64,000 nucleotides of DNA from positions 17,074 through 81,073 of the forward strand of contig DVKX01000071.1 in the NCBI GenBank assembly GCA_018715805.1, written 5' to 3'. This document shows, piece after piece, positions 55,952 to 64,000 of the stretch. Position numbers and translations under genes: made by a program. Below the pieces are notes generated by a model, which saw nothing but the letters and a program-made list of their open reading frames with translations, did no database searches and was not told the origin of the DNA. The stretch is from Candidatus Faecousia intestinigallinarum (GTDB taxonomy: Bacteria > Bacillota > Clostridia > Oscillospirales > Oscillospiraceae). Position 1 is the first letter of the stretch, and each line of letters starts with the position of its first letter.

Positions 55952-57469
55952 ATGAGCACCTTTGAAAATAACGATCCGGAAAAGGAACAAGAGCCTGTGC
56001 AGCAGGACGATCAGGAGCAGCAGTTCCAGGGGGCGGAGACGCAGGCCGACCAGCATGCGGCTCCGGAATTTGACCAGACCCCGCCCCAGCAGGAGACATA
56101 CCAGAAGCGTTCTCCTTACGCTGACTCTCCCTATGTGATGCATCCCGGGGCGCAGGAGTACAGCCCTGCGCGGCCGAAGATCAAGAAAGCCCGCAAGGGA
56201 GCGGGCAAGCGTATTTTGGCGGCGGTGCTGGCGCTGGTAGTGGTGGCGGGCGGCTGCGGCATTACTGCTTTCGCGGTAAACAATTATTGGGAAGGCCGGA
56301 TGGCACAGATGAGCGCCTCTCTGAATGAGAAGATCAACGCGCTGGAGAGCCAGATCGACAATGCCCCCGGCAGCGGCGATTCTGTGTCCGGCAGTCCGGT
56401 GGCCTCCCAGGAAGGCGGGCTGACGCCCAGTCAGGTATATGCCCGAAATGTGCAGTCTGTGGTGGCCATTTCCAATGAGGCAACGCAGCGGGTTTACGGG
56501 CAGGTTACAGAGACTGCATCTTCCGGTTCCGGGTTCATTCTCACCGAGGACGGCTACATTGTCACCAACTATCATGTGGTATCCGGAGCGGATCGCCTGA
56601 CGGTGATTACCTCCGACGGCACGGAGTATGAGGCGCAGTATATTGGCGGCGACGAGAACAACGATCTGGCGGTGCTGAAGATCGAGGCCGAAGGACTGCC
56701 CACCGTGACGCTGGGCAGCAGCGACGACCTTATCGTGGGCGACCAGGTGGTGGCCATTGGCAATCCCCTGGGACAGCTGACGGCTACGCAGACTGTGGGC
56801 TATGTAAGCGGAAAGGATCGGGACGTGACCACGGATGGTTCTATCATCAATATGCTCCAGACCGACGCCGCCATCAACCCCGGCAACTCCGGCGGACCGC
56901 TCTTTAACATGAAAGGCGAGGTGGTGGGCATCACCACTGCAAAATATTCCGGCACCACTTCCAGCGGCGCCTCCATCGAGGGGATCGGCTTTGCCATTCC
57001 GATTGACGATGTAAAGGGAATGATCAGCGACTTGGTGGAGTATGGATATGTGACTGGCGCGTACCTGGGTGTGGTAGTTCAGAATGTTGAGGAATCCGTA
57101 AAAGCCTATGGCGTGCCCAGCGGCGCTTTTGTGCGGGAGGTTACTCCCGGCTTCTGCGCGGAAGCCGCAGGGATTCAGGAAGGCGATATCATCCTGGATC
57201 TGGGCGGATATTCCGTGAGCAACATCACCGACCTGACCCGTGCGCTGCGGCATTTTGATGCGGGAGATACCGTGACGGTTACAGTCTCCCGGAGCGGCCA
57301 GCAGATTGTGCTGGAAGTGACCCTTTCCGAGAAACCCCAGGATACTGCTTCCACGCAGCCGAACACCGATACGGAGAATGTGCCGGAAGCCCCCGAAGAG
57401 GGCGACTATGAAGAGTGGTTCGATTATTTCTGGCGCTTCTTCAATGGCGAAGGCAACAACCAGGGATAA
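55952..57469 (+). CDS. HtrA/DegP-like trypsin serine protease with PDZ domain
   Basis: TM anchor; triad in TNYHVV, DLAVLKI, INPGNSGGPL; PDZ YLGV..GDIIL. Confidence 0.95.
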   Translation: MSTFENNDPEKEQEPVQQDDQEQQFQGAETQADQHAAPEFDQTPPQQETYQKRSPYADSPYVMHPGAQEYSPARPKIKKARKGAGKRILAAVLALVVVAGGCGITAFAVNNYWEGRMAQMSASLNEKINALESQIDNAPGSGDSVSGSPVASQEGGLTPSQVYARNVQSVVAISNEATQRVYGQVTETASSGSGFILTEDGYIVTNYHVVSGADRLTVITSDGTEYEAQYIGGDENNDLAVLKIEAEGLPTVTLGSSDDLIVGDQVVAIGNPLGQLTATQTVGYVSGKDRDVTTDGSIINMLQTDAAINPGNSGGPLFNMKGEVVGITTAKYSGTTSSGASIEGIGFAIPIDDVKGMISDLVEYGYVTGAYLGVVVQNVEESVKAYGVPSGAFVREVTPGFCAEAAGIQEGDIILDLGGYSVSNITDLTRALRHFDAGDTVTVTVSRSGQQIVLEVTLSEKPQDTASTQPNTDTENVPEAPEEGDYEEWFDYFWRFFNGEGNNQG

Positions 57470-57492
57470 AAGATATCCTTTTGAATCCAGGC

Positions 57493-57527
57493 AAACCGCC
57501 CTGCCGGATGTCCGGCAGGGCGGTTTT
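57493..57527 (+). terminator. Terminator after the protease gene
   Basis: AAACCGCCCTGCCGGA-tg-TCCGGCAGGGCGGTTT. Confidence 0.8.
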
Positions 57528-57533
57528 CTATGG

Positions 57534-57550
57534 TGTCGAAAATGCTCGAA
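57534..57550 (+). promoter_or_regulatory. Spo0A box(es)
   Basis: Perfect TGTCGAA at 57534-40 and degenerate GCTCGAA one helical turn later (57544-50). Confidence 0.5.
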
Positions 57551-57637
57551 AGAAATATGGGTCTGCCCCCTTGCCAAGAAAATAAAACTATGCTACCCTT
57601 TTCTTGCTAAAAAACAGAGAAAAGGGGTATTAAAACA

Positions 57638-58378
57638 ATGGAAATGTTACGCTTGTTGATCGCAGACGGCTCTGAGGAATTCTGCGAGATTCTGGCAGAG
57701 CAGGTCCGAAGAGAATACTATTTCAAGACCTGCCGGGAGGGCAGGGAGGCGCTCTCGCTGCTGCGCAGCTTTCAGCCGGATATTCTGGTGCTGGATATGA
57801 TGCTGCCGGGGCTGGACGGCGTAAGCCTGCTGCAGCAGGCGGCGAGCACCGGACACAAACCGATGGTATTGGCGACAACCCGGTTTGTCAGCAGCTATGT
57901 GGTGGAGGCTGTACAGCGGCTGGAGGTGGGCTACCTGATGGTTAAGCCCTGTGATGTGCAGGCATTGATCCAGCGCCTGCAGGATTTGAGCAGGCGGCTG
58001 AAAACGCCGGTATTTACGCTGGCAGAGCCAAGAACCACTGTATCCAATATGCTGCTGCGGCTGGGCGTATCCACGAAGCTGCGGGGATACTGTTTTCTGC
58101 GGGAGGCGGTAATGCTGATGGCCAAGGATCCGGCGCAGTCGGTGACAAAAGAACTATACCCCGCGGTAGCCGCATTGTGTGATGGAAATCCAAAGCAGGT
58201 GGAGCGCGCCATTCGCAGCGCAATCCATTCTGCTTGGGCGGCTCGAGATGAGAAAATATGGGGGCAGCTCTTTCCACCCGATTCGGATGGCAATATTCCG
58301 CGCCCCACCAACGCTGCGTTTATTTCCATGCTGGCGGATATGCTGACGCTGGAGGAAACGGAAGGGCAGTGTGGATAA
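57638..58378 (+). CDS. Response regulator with Spo0A-type C-terminal DNA-binding domain (divergent Spo0A paralogue)
   Basis: Receiver LVLDMMLP..VKP; effector LG....RGY..LREA..VTKELYP.VA..VERAIR.AI..AW..RPTN..FI.MLAD. Confidence 0.85.
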   Translation: MEMLRLLIADGSEEFCEILAEQVRREYYFKTCREGREALSLLRSFQPDILVLDMMLPGLDGVSLLQQAASTGHKPMVLATTRFVSSYVVEAVQRLEVGYLMVKPCDVQALIQRLQDLSRRLKTPVFTLAEPRTTVSNMLLRLGVSTKLRGYCFLREAVMLMAKDPAQSVTKELYPAVAALCDGNPKQVERAIRSAIHSAWAARDEKIWGQLFPPDSDGNIPRPTNAAFISMLADMLTLEETEGQCG

Positions 58379-58514
58379 CGGCTGGGGAAGTGCACAATTT
58401 TTTCTGCCGGGATCCGGAGATTTACCATAAAAGTGGGGCTAGCTTTTTGTCGGAAAATGTATATAATATAGGTACTGTAAAGAATATACTTGCGGATGCC
58501 GAAAGGAGCATACC

Positions 58515-59528
58515 ATGAAAGAGAAAAAAACCGCGAAATCCAGCGGCAGAGGCAAGCGCACGGCGCTGATCGTGCTTTGCGTGATCCTGGCAATGCTGCT
58601 GGCGGTGCTGATTTTTGCTACCGTATATCTGGAAACCATCTTTGGGCGGCTGGGACGGACGGATGATCTGGAAACGCTTTCCCCTGACGAACTGGCCAGC
58701 GCGCTGGAATGGGAGACTGTGCCGGAGGATTTCAGCGGCCCCATAGATGTGGAGATTGAGCAGCCCACCGGTCCGGCAGATAAGCTGAATGCGGAAAATA
58801 TCACCAACATCCTGTTGATCGGCCGGGACTCCGGGCGTTCTGATGCCATGATCCTGGCATCCTTCAACAAGTCCAACAAGACCCTGACCCTGACCTCTTT
58901 CCTGCGGGATATGTATGTGTACATTCCTGACCGGGGCAACGATAAGCTGAACCACTCCTATGCCTATGGCGGTGTGGAATTGCTGAATGATACGATTGCA
59001 TATAATTTCGGCATTGAAATTGACGGCAATGTAGTGGTGGGCTTTGACTCCTTCGAGGACGTGATAGACGCCATCGGCGGCGTGGATGTGGAGTTGACCT
59101 GGGAGGAGATCGACCACCTGGGCGGTCAGGGCATCAGCCTGAGCCAGGACAGCAATGGTTTGACCCATTTGGACGGCCGGGCGGCGCTGGCTTATTCGCG
59201 CATCCGCTATCTGGATTCCGACTTTGGCCGTACCAACCGGCAGCGGAATGTACTGGAGGCCATTCTCAACAAGGCAAAGAGCATGAGCATTGCAGAGATG
59301 AACGATATGCTGATGGAACTGCTGCCCATCGTGTCCACTGATCTCAGCGATGCGGAGATCATCGGCTATGCCCTGGAGCTGTTCCCCATGCTGCTGGATT
59401 GCAAGGTGGTGTCGCAGCAGATCCCGGCGGATGGAACCTGGTACAATGCGTCTCAGGGCGGTATGGCGGTTCTGATCGTAGACTTTGAGGAAAATCGGAA
59501 GATCCTTCACGATACCCTGGGAGGCTAA
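58515..59528 (+). CDS. LCP (LytR-CpsA-Psr) family cell-wall polymer ligase
   Basis: TM anchor; NILLIG, RSDAMIL, RDMYV, KLNHSY, RIRYLDSDFGRTNRQ. Confidence 0.94.
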   Translation: MKEKKTAKSSGRGKRTALIVLCVILAMLLAVLIFATVYLETIFGRLGRTDDLETLSPDELASALEWETVPEDFSGPIDVEIEQPTGPADKLNAENITNILLIGRDSGRSDAMILASFNKSNKTLTLTSFLRDMYVYIPDRGNDKLNHSYAYGGVELLNDTIAYNFGIEIDGNVVVGFDSFEDVIDAIGGVDVELTWEEIDHLGGQGISLSQDSNGLTHLDGRAALAYSRIRYLDSDFGRTNRQRNVLEAILNKAKSMSIAEMNDMLMELLPIVSTDLSDAEIIGYALELFPMLLDCKVVSQQIPADGTWYNASQGGMAVLIVDFEENRKILHDTLGG

Positions 59529-59590
59529 AGGAAATATTGGCAGGAGGCCGGATGATCCCGGCCTCCTTTTCTTTTGGAAAGTTTGGAAAA

Positions 59591-59623
59591 GATGTTGACA
59601 AATCAACATCCACCTGTTATAAT
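59591..59623 (+). promoter_or_regulatory. marR-degV promoter with overlapping palindromic operator
   Basis: GATGTTGA-caaa-TCAACATC (59591-59610) over TTGACA; TG-TATAAT at 59618-23 with 17-bp spacing. Confidence 0.75.
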
Positions 59624-59650
59624 GCCACGGTAATCCATAGGAGGCGCGTT

Positions 59651-60097
59651 ATGATTCATCGCTTTGAAGCGTTTGTCACCGGGATCACCCTGTGCTATAA
59701 ATCCATTCAGCGGATCAAATCCATGGAAATGACGGAGTTTGGCCTGCGGGGAAACCATGCTATGTGCCTGTATTTTTTGCTCCATAATCCCCAGGGTATG
59801 ACGGCGTCCCAGCTGAGCAAGCTTTGCGCAGAGGATAAGGCGGCGATCTCCCGGGCGTTGGCAGATATGCAGAAGCTAGGCTACGTGACGGTTCCGCAGG
59901 GCAGCCGTTACCGGGCTGCGGTGTGCATCACTCCGCTGGGGCGTGAAAAGGCCAGCAGCGTAGACCGCATGATTGAAGAATGGGTCTCGGCAGGGGGCGA
60001 AGGTCTGTCAGAGGAGGAACGGGAGGTTTTTTATAAAAGTCTTTCCCGGATCTCGGCGAATCTTCAGCAGAATTTGGAAAATCATAAGGAGAATTAA
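59651..60097 (+). CDS. MarR-family transcriptional regulator
   Basis: GMTASQLSKLC..DKAAISRALADM..GYV..RYRAAV.ITPLG winged HTH. Confidence 0.9.
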   Translation: MIHRFEAFVTGITLCYKSIQRIKSMEMTEFGLRGNHAMCLYFLLHNPQGMTASQLSKLCAEDKAAISRALADMQKLGYVTVPQGSRYRAAVCITPLGREKASSVDRMIEEWVSAGGEGLSEEEREVFYKSLSRISANLQQNLENHKEN

Positions 60098-60102
60098 AAA
60101 AT

Positions 60103-60948
60103 ATGGCTGTTCAACTGATCACGGATTCCTCTACCGATTTTACCAGTGAGGAGGCCAAGGCGCTGGGACTGCGCCATGTGCCCCTGACGCTGGTATTTGG
60201 CGCGGAACAGTATGCCGATGCGGTGGATATTACCCCGCATGAATTTTATGAAAAGCTGGTGTCCAGCAAGGATATGCCCACCACTTGCCAGGTTACGCCG
60301 GGGGAGTTTGCCCAGCAGATCGAGCAGGTGATTGCCCAGGGTGACGAGGCAGTGGTGTTTACCCTGTCCGGGAAGCTTTCCGGTACTTATCAGAGCGCGG
60401 TAATCGCCGCAGCGGACTACCCCGACCGTGTCGTGGTGGTGGATACGGAAAACGCCACCATAGGCGGAAACATTCTGGTGCGCTATGCACTGCGGCTGCG
60501 GGATCAGGGAAAGAGCGCTCGGGAGATCGGGGAACTGCTGGAGCAGGCCAAACAGAAGGTTCGGCTCTACGCAGTGGTGGATACTCTGGAATATCTGAAG
60601 CGCGGCGGCCGAGTATCTGCGGCAGTGGCCTTTGCCGGAAGTCTGCTTTCCATTAAGCCGGTATTGGCTGTGGAAAGTGGCGAGGTAGTCATCAAGGGCA
60701 AGGCGCGGGGAAACCGCCAGGGCAACAATATGCTCAAGCAGATGGTGGAGCAGGGCGGCGGCATCGACTATGATATGCCCTATGCCTTGGCTTATGCAGG
60801 GGTCAGCGATGAAAACCTGAAGGCGTTTCAGGCGGACACGGCTTCTCTTTGGGAAGGGATGCAGGCGCCGCCGGTGATCCATCTGGGCAGCGTGATCGGC
60901 GCCCATGTGGGACCCGGCGCGGTGGCCGTGGCATTTTTTGAGAAGTAA
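60103..60948 (+). CDS. DegV-family fatty-acid-binding protein
   Basis: ITDSSTD, PTTCQ, LSGKLSGTYQS, LKRGGR, IKP, IGAHVGPG. Confidence 0.95.
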   Translation: MAVQLITDSSTDFTSEEAKALGLRHVPLTLVFGAEQYADAVDITPHEFYEKLVSSKDMPTTCQVTPGEFAQQIEQVIAQGDEAVVFTLSGKLSGTYQSAVIAAADYPDRVVVVDTENATIGGNILVRYALRLRDQGKSAREIGELLEQAKQKVRLYAVVDTLEYLKRGGRVSAAVAFAGSLLSIKPVLAVESGEVVIKGKARGNRQGNNMLKQMVEQGGGIDYDMPYALAYAGVSDENLKAFQADTASLWEGMQAPPVIHLGSVIGAHVGPGAVAVAFFEK

Positions 60949-61076
60949 GTCTATAGAAGCGCTGCCCAAAATCTGACTGGTATTTTCAGCGCGAGACGGA
61001 ATGCTAGGGGAGACTGCAAGCGTACTTAAATGCAGTCCTGAAAAGATGAAGGATGCAGCAGATAAATAACATTTGA

Positions 61077-61121
61077 CAAAAGAGGGAAAGGAAGCTGACA
61101 GCTTCTTTTCCCTCTTTTTGC
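61077..61121. terminator. Bidirectional terminator-like hairpin
   Basis: CAAAAGAGGGAAAGGAAGC-tgaca-GCTTCTTTTCCCTCTTTTTG. Confidence 0.75.
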
Positions 61122-61425
61122 CGCCTGCGGAGGAAAAGCAGCAGGGAAGCAGTAGAAAAATCGCGTTTTATACTATGCTATCGATCAGATTACCTGCAAA
61201 GAAATTGTCGCGCAGACCAGGCATGAACAAATTGTAAAAAATATCTATTCCTGCGGGACAAAGAATCCCAACGGTTCGGAACTGTATCAGCGCTGCCGTT
61301 TTTGCCTGGTTTCTCTCTTGAAATTCGGCTGCCGTGACGGTAGAATAACATTACATTCGGGGATAAGGCCGAATCAATTTCCTCAGGCGGCGGTGCCCGG
61401 GGAACAGGAAGCGAGGAGAGACACA

Positions 61426-62712
61426 ATGCTGCCGGAAGCATTTTGCACACGCGTAAAAAAACAACTGGGAGCAGAGTACCCGGCTTTTTTAGAAAGCCTG
61501 GAGCGGCCTCGGGCGGTGGCGCTGCGCTTTCGCCCGGGCTGGGAACGGGAACTGCCTTTTTTAGGCCGGGAAGTGCCCTGGGAGCCACTGGGATACTATT
61601 ACGATATGCAGGCGCGGCCTGGTCTGCACCCATATCACGAGGCGGGCGTATACTATTTACAGGAAGCCAGCGCTATGGCGCCGGTGGCGCTGCTTTCCCC
61701 CCAGCCGGGGGAGCGCGTCTGCGACCTTTGCGCTGCGCCGGGCGGCAAAAGCACGCAGATCGCCGGAAGGATGGCGGGCAGGGGCTTTTTGCTCTCCAAT
61801 GAGATCCATCCCAAGCGGGCGGCGGTGCTGAGCCGGAATGTGGAGCGCATGGGCGTTTGGAACGCCCTGGTGACCAACGAAAGCCCCCGGCGTCTGGCGG
61901 AGCGACTGCCGGGCTTCTTTGACCGGGTGCTGGTGGACGCCCCCTGCTCCGGAGAGGGGATGTTCCGCAAGGAGGAAGCGGCGCTGACGGACTGGAGCAT
62001 GGAAACGGTGGCCATGTGCGCCCGCCGGCAGTTGGAAATTTTGGACGCGGCGGCGTCATTGGTGCGCCCGGGCGGGCGGCTGGTGTATTCCACCTGTACC
62101 TTTGCCCCAGAGGAAAATGAGGAACAGGTGGCTGGTTTTCTCCAGCGGCATGGAGAGTTTGCTTTGGAAAACGTGGAGGTGCCTGGGTTTGATCCCCAGA
62201 GCAATGGCGTTTACCATCTGTGGCCGCATAAGGTGCTGGGAGAAGGACAGTTCGCCGCCGTACTGCGGAAAAACCACGGCGTGGAAGCGCGGCCTGTAAA
62301 GCTGGCCGCTGGAGAGGAACTGCCCGGTGTTTGGCAGGCGTTTGCCCGGGAGATGGGGATTGCGCTGCCTCCAGGGAAGGCCGTCACCTTAGGACAGTTC
62401 CTCTATTGGACGCCGGAAGAGATGCCGGATCTGGCCGGTCTGAAAGTGCTGCGGCCCGGTTTGGCGCTGGGAGAAGTGCGTAAAGGTCGCTTTTTGCCGG
62501 AACACGCGCTGGCGCAGTGGCTGGCGCAGTGCGGCAATATGCAGGATTTTCCCGCAGACAGCAAGGAGATTTCAGCCTATCTCCATGGCGAGGCAGTCCC
62601 CTCGGAGAAAAAGGGATGGTGCCTGGTGCGAGTGGAAGGCGCCTCTCTGGGCTGGGGAAAGGGGGACGGCTGTGTGCTGAAAAACCATTACCCCAAGGGA
62701 CTGCGCCGGTAA
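61426..62712 (+). CDS. RsmF/RsmB-NOP family rRNA m5C methyltransferase
   Basis: YYLQEASAM, DLCAAPGGKS, DAPCSGEGMF, YSTCT, C-terminal KNHYPKGLR; start ATG 61426 after GAGGAG. Confidence 0.93.
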   Translation: MLPEAFCTRVKKQLGAEYPAFLESLERPRAVALRFRPGWERELPFLGREVPWEPLGYYYDMQARPGLHPYHEAGVYYLQEASAMAPVALLSPQPGERVCDLCAAPGGKSTQIAGRMAGRGFLLSNEIHPKRAAVLSRNVERMGVWNALVTNESPRRLAERLPGFFDRVLVDAPCSGEGMFRKEEAALTDWSMETVAMCARRQLEILDAAASLVRPGGRLVYSTCTFAPEENEEQVAGFLQRHGEFALENVEVPGFDPQSNGVYHLWPHKVLGEGQFAAVLRKNHGVEARPVKLAAGEELPGVWQAFAREMGIALPPGKAVTLGQFLYWTPEEMPDLAGLKVLRPGLALGEVRKGRFLPEHALAQWLAQCGNMQDFPADSKEISAYLHGEAVPSEKKGWCLVRVEGASLGWGKGDGCVLKNHYPKGLRR

Positions 62713-62840
62713 ATACCCCTTTACATAATCTTAATCCTATGCTATAATATCCGGGGCGCGGATACAAGCAAGACGTTTTGTCCGCAGATGCAACGAGTCC
62801 CTGTATGGGCAGTGAAATCATCACAAGGAGAGGATATCCC

Positions 62841-64000
62841 TTGGCGAGATACGAGATCAATGGCGGCAAGAGCCTTCAGGGTACCGTCACCGTCAGCGGC
62901 GCGAAAAACGCCGCAGTGGCGATCTTACCGGCGGTATTGCTGGTAAGCGGGAAATGCCATATTGAAAATGTACCGAATATTTCTGATGTTCACATTCTGC
63001 TGGATATTCTGCGGGAGATGGGGGCGGAAATCAGTCTGGAGGGCAGTTCCGTTACTGTGGACTGTTCCCACGTCCGTTCCTCCCGGCCGGACGCCAATCT
63101 GGTGCGGAAGATGCGCGCCAGCTATTATTTGATGGGCGCGCTGCTGGGGCGGTGTGGAAAGGCGCACGTAGCGCTTCCCGGCGGATGCAATTTTGCCTCC
63201 CGCCCCATCGACCAGCATATCAAGGGGTTCATTGCTCTGGGTGCAGATGTGGATGAGAGCGACGACTATGTGGCGCTGGAACCGGGGGAAAACGGTCTGC
63301 AAGGCGGCCGGGTGAGCCTGGATGTGGTAAGCGTGGGCGCCACGGTGAACATTATGCTGGCGGCCACGCTGCTGCCAGGTCAGACCGTGATCGAAAACGC
63401 GGCGAAAGAGCCGCATATTGTGGACTTGGCGAACTTTTTGAATACCATGGGTGCGCGCATTTCCGGCGCAGGCACGGATACTGTAAAGATCCGGGGCGTG
63501 AAAGAGCTGCACGGCGGCAGCTACGCCATTATTCCCGATCAAATTGAGGCGGGTACATATATGGCGGCAGTTGCGGCTGCCGGGGGCAATGTGCTGGTGC
63601 AAAATGTGATCCCTAAGCATATGGAGTGTATTACCTCCAAGCTCCAGGAGATGGGCGCTAAGGTGACCAATTACGATGACGCCATTCGCATTCAGCGCGC
63701 GGGGAAGCTGCGCTGCACCACGGTGAAGACCCGCCCTTATCCGGGTTTTCCCACGGATATGCAGGCGCAGATCTGTGTTTGTATGTCCCTGGCATCGGGG
63801 GTAAGCCGCCTGACGGAAAGTGTGTACGAGACGCGCTTTTTTGGCTACTGCACCGAGCTGCAAAGTATGGGTGCGGATATTCTGATCACCGGCAAGACTG
63901 CCATCGTCACCGGCAGAGAGAAGCTTACCGGCGCGGTAGTCAGCGCCCACGACCTGCGGGCGGGTGCAGCGCTGGTGATTGCTGGATTGGCGGCAGAGGG
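62841..64000 (+). CDS. murA: UDP-N-acetylglucosamine 1-carboxyvinyltransferase (3'-partial; absent from the ORF track)
   Basis: TTG start after AAGGAG; SGAKNAAVAIL, MRASYY, LPGGC..RPIDQH, SVGAT, IPDQIEAGT, YPGFPTDMQ, DLRAGAALV; promoter TTTACA-17-TATAAT at 62720-62748. Confidence 0.96.
   Translation, partial: MARYEINGGKSLQGTVTVSGAKNAAVAILPAVLLVSGKCHIENVPNISDVHILLDILREMGAEISLEGSSVTVDCSHVRSSRPDANLVRKMRASYYLMGALLGRCGKAHVALPGGCNFASRPIDQHIKGFIALGADVDESDDYVALEPGENGLQGGRVSLDVVSVGATVNIMLAATLLPGQTVIENAAKEPHIVDLANFLNTMGARISGAGTDTVKIRGVKELHGGSYAIIPDQIEAGTYMAAVAAAGGNVLVQNVIPKHMECITSKLQEMGAKVTNYDDAIRIQRAGKLRCTTVKTRPYPGFPTDMQAQICVCMSLASGVSRLTESVYETRFFGYCTELQSMGADILITGKTAIVTGREKLTGAVVSAHDLRAGAALVIAGLAAE

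Noticed and set aside
58370-58378. Perfect DnaA box (TGTGGATAA) overlapping a stop codon
   Set aside because: Single copy with no cluster or dnaA/oriC context
61168-61425. Stop-free in-frame stretch upstream of the RsmF-like gene
   Set aside because: No start codon with SD until ATG 61426 (TTG 61318 lacks an SD); no recognisable domain
1-64000. CRISPR array, prophage, integrase or defence island
   Set aside because: No regularly spaced repeats and no cas, phage, recombinase or recognisable defence genes seen

Overview
Core chromosomal segment of a spore-forming, GC-rich Clostridia-class Firmicute (gene content and order suggest Oscillospiraceae; this is inference). It holds about 60 mostly housekeeping CDSs: pth-mfd, mutY, a type IIA topoisomerase pair, der-plsY-gpsA, hprK, pepF, T-box-controlled alaS, comEC-holA-rnmV, rex, spoIIGA-sigE, rarA, rpe, an HtrA-type protease and a partial murA. 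There are three tRNAs (Arg-CCT, Arg-ACG, Gly-GCC) and one tnpA-only IS200/IS605-family element. No CRISPR array, prophage, integrase or rRNA is visible. The most unusual items are: (i) an operon between two convergent tRNA-Arg genes encoding a small secreted Cys/His-rich protein plus a heterodimeric MacB/FtsX-type ABC transporter, with a perfect promoter, a palindromic operator and a uORF-containing leader; (ii) a VanW-domain protein with Ser in place of the conserved GGGxCQ cysteine; (iii) a divergent Spo0A paralogue under a 0A box; (iv) the uncharacterised IscU-like/GGGtGRT pair; (v) a low-GC single-gene DUF3592-like cassette with flanking imperfect direct repeats; (vi) several readable candidate operators (Crp/Fnr, MarR, Rex-like, sigmaE). 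All calls are from motif recognition by eye; no searches were run.
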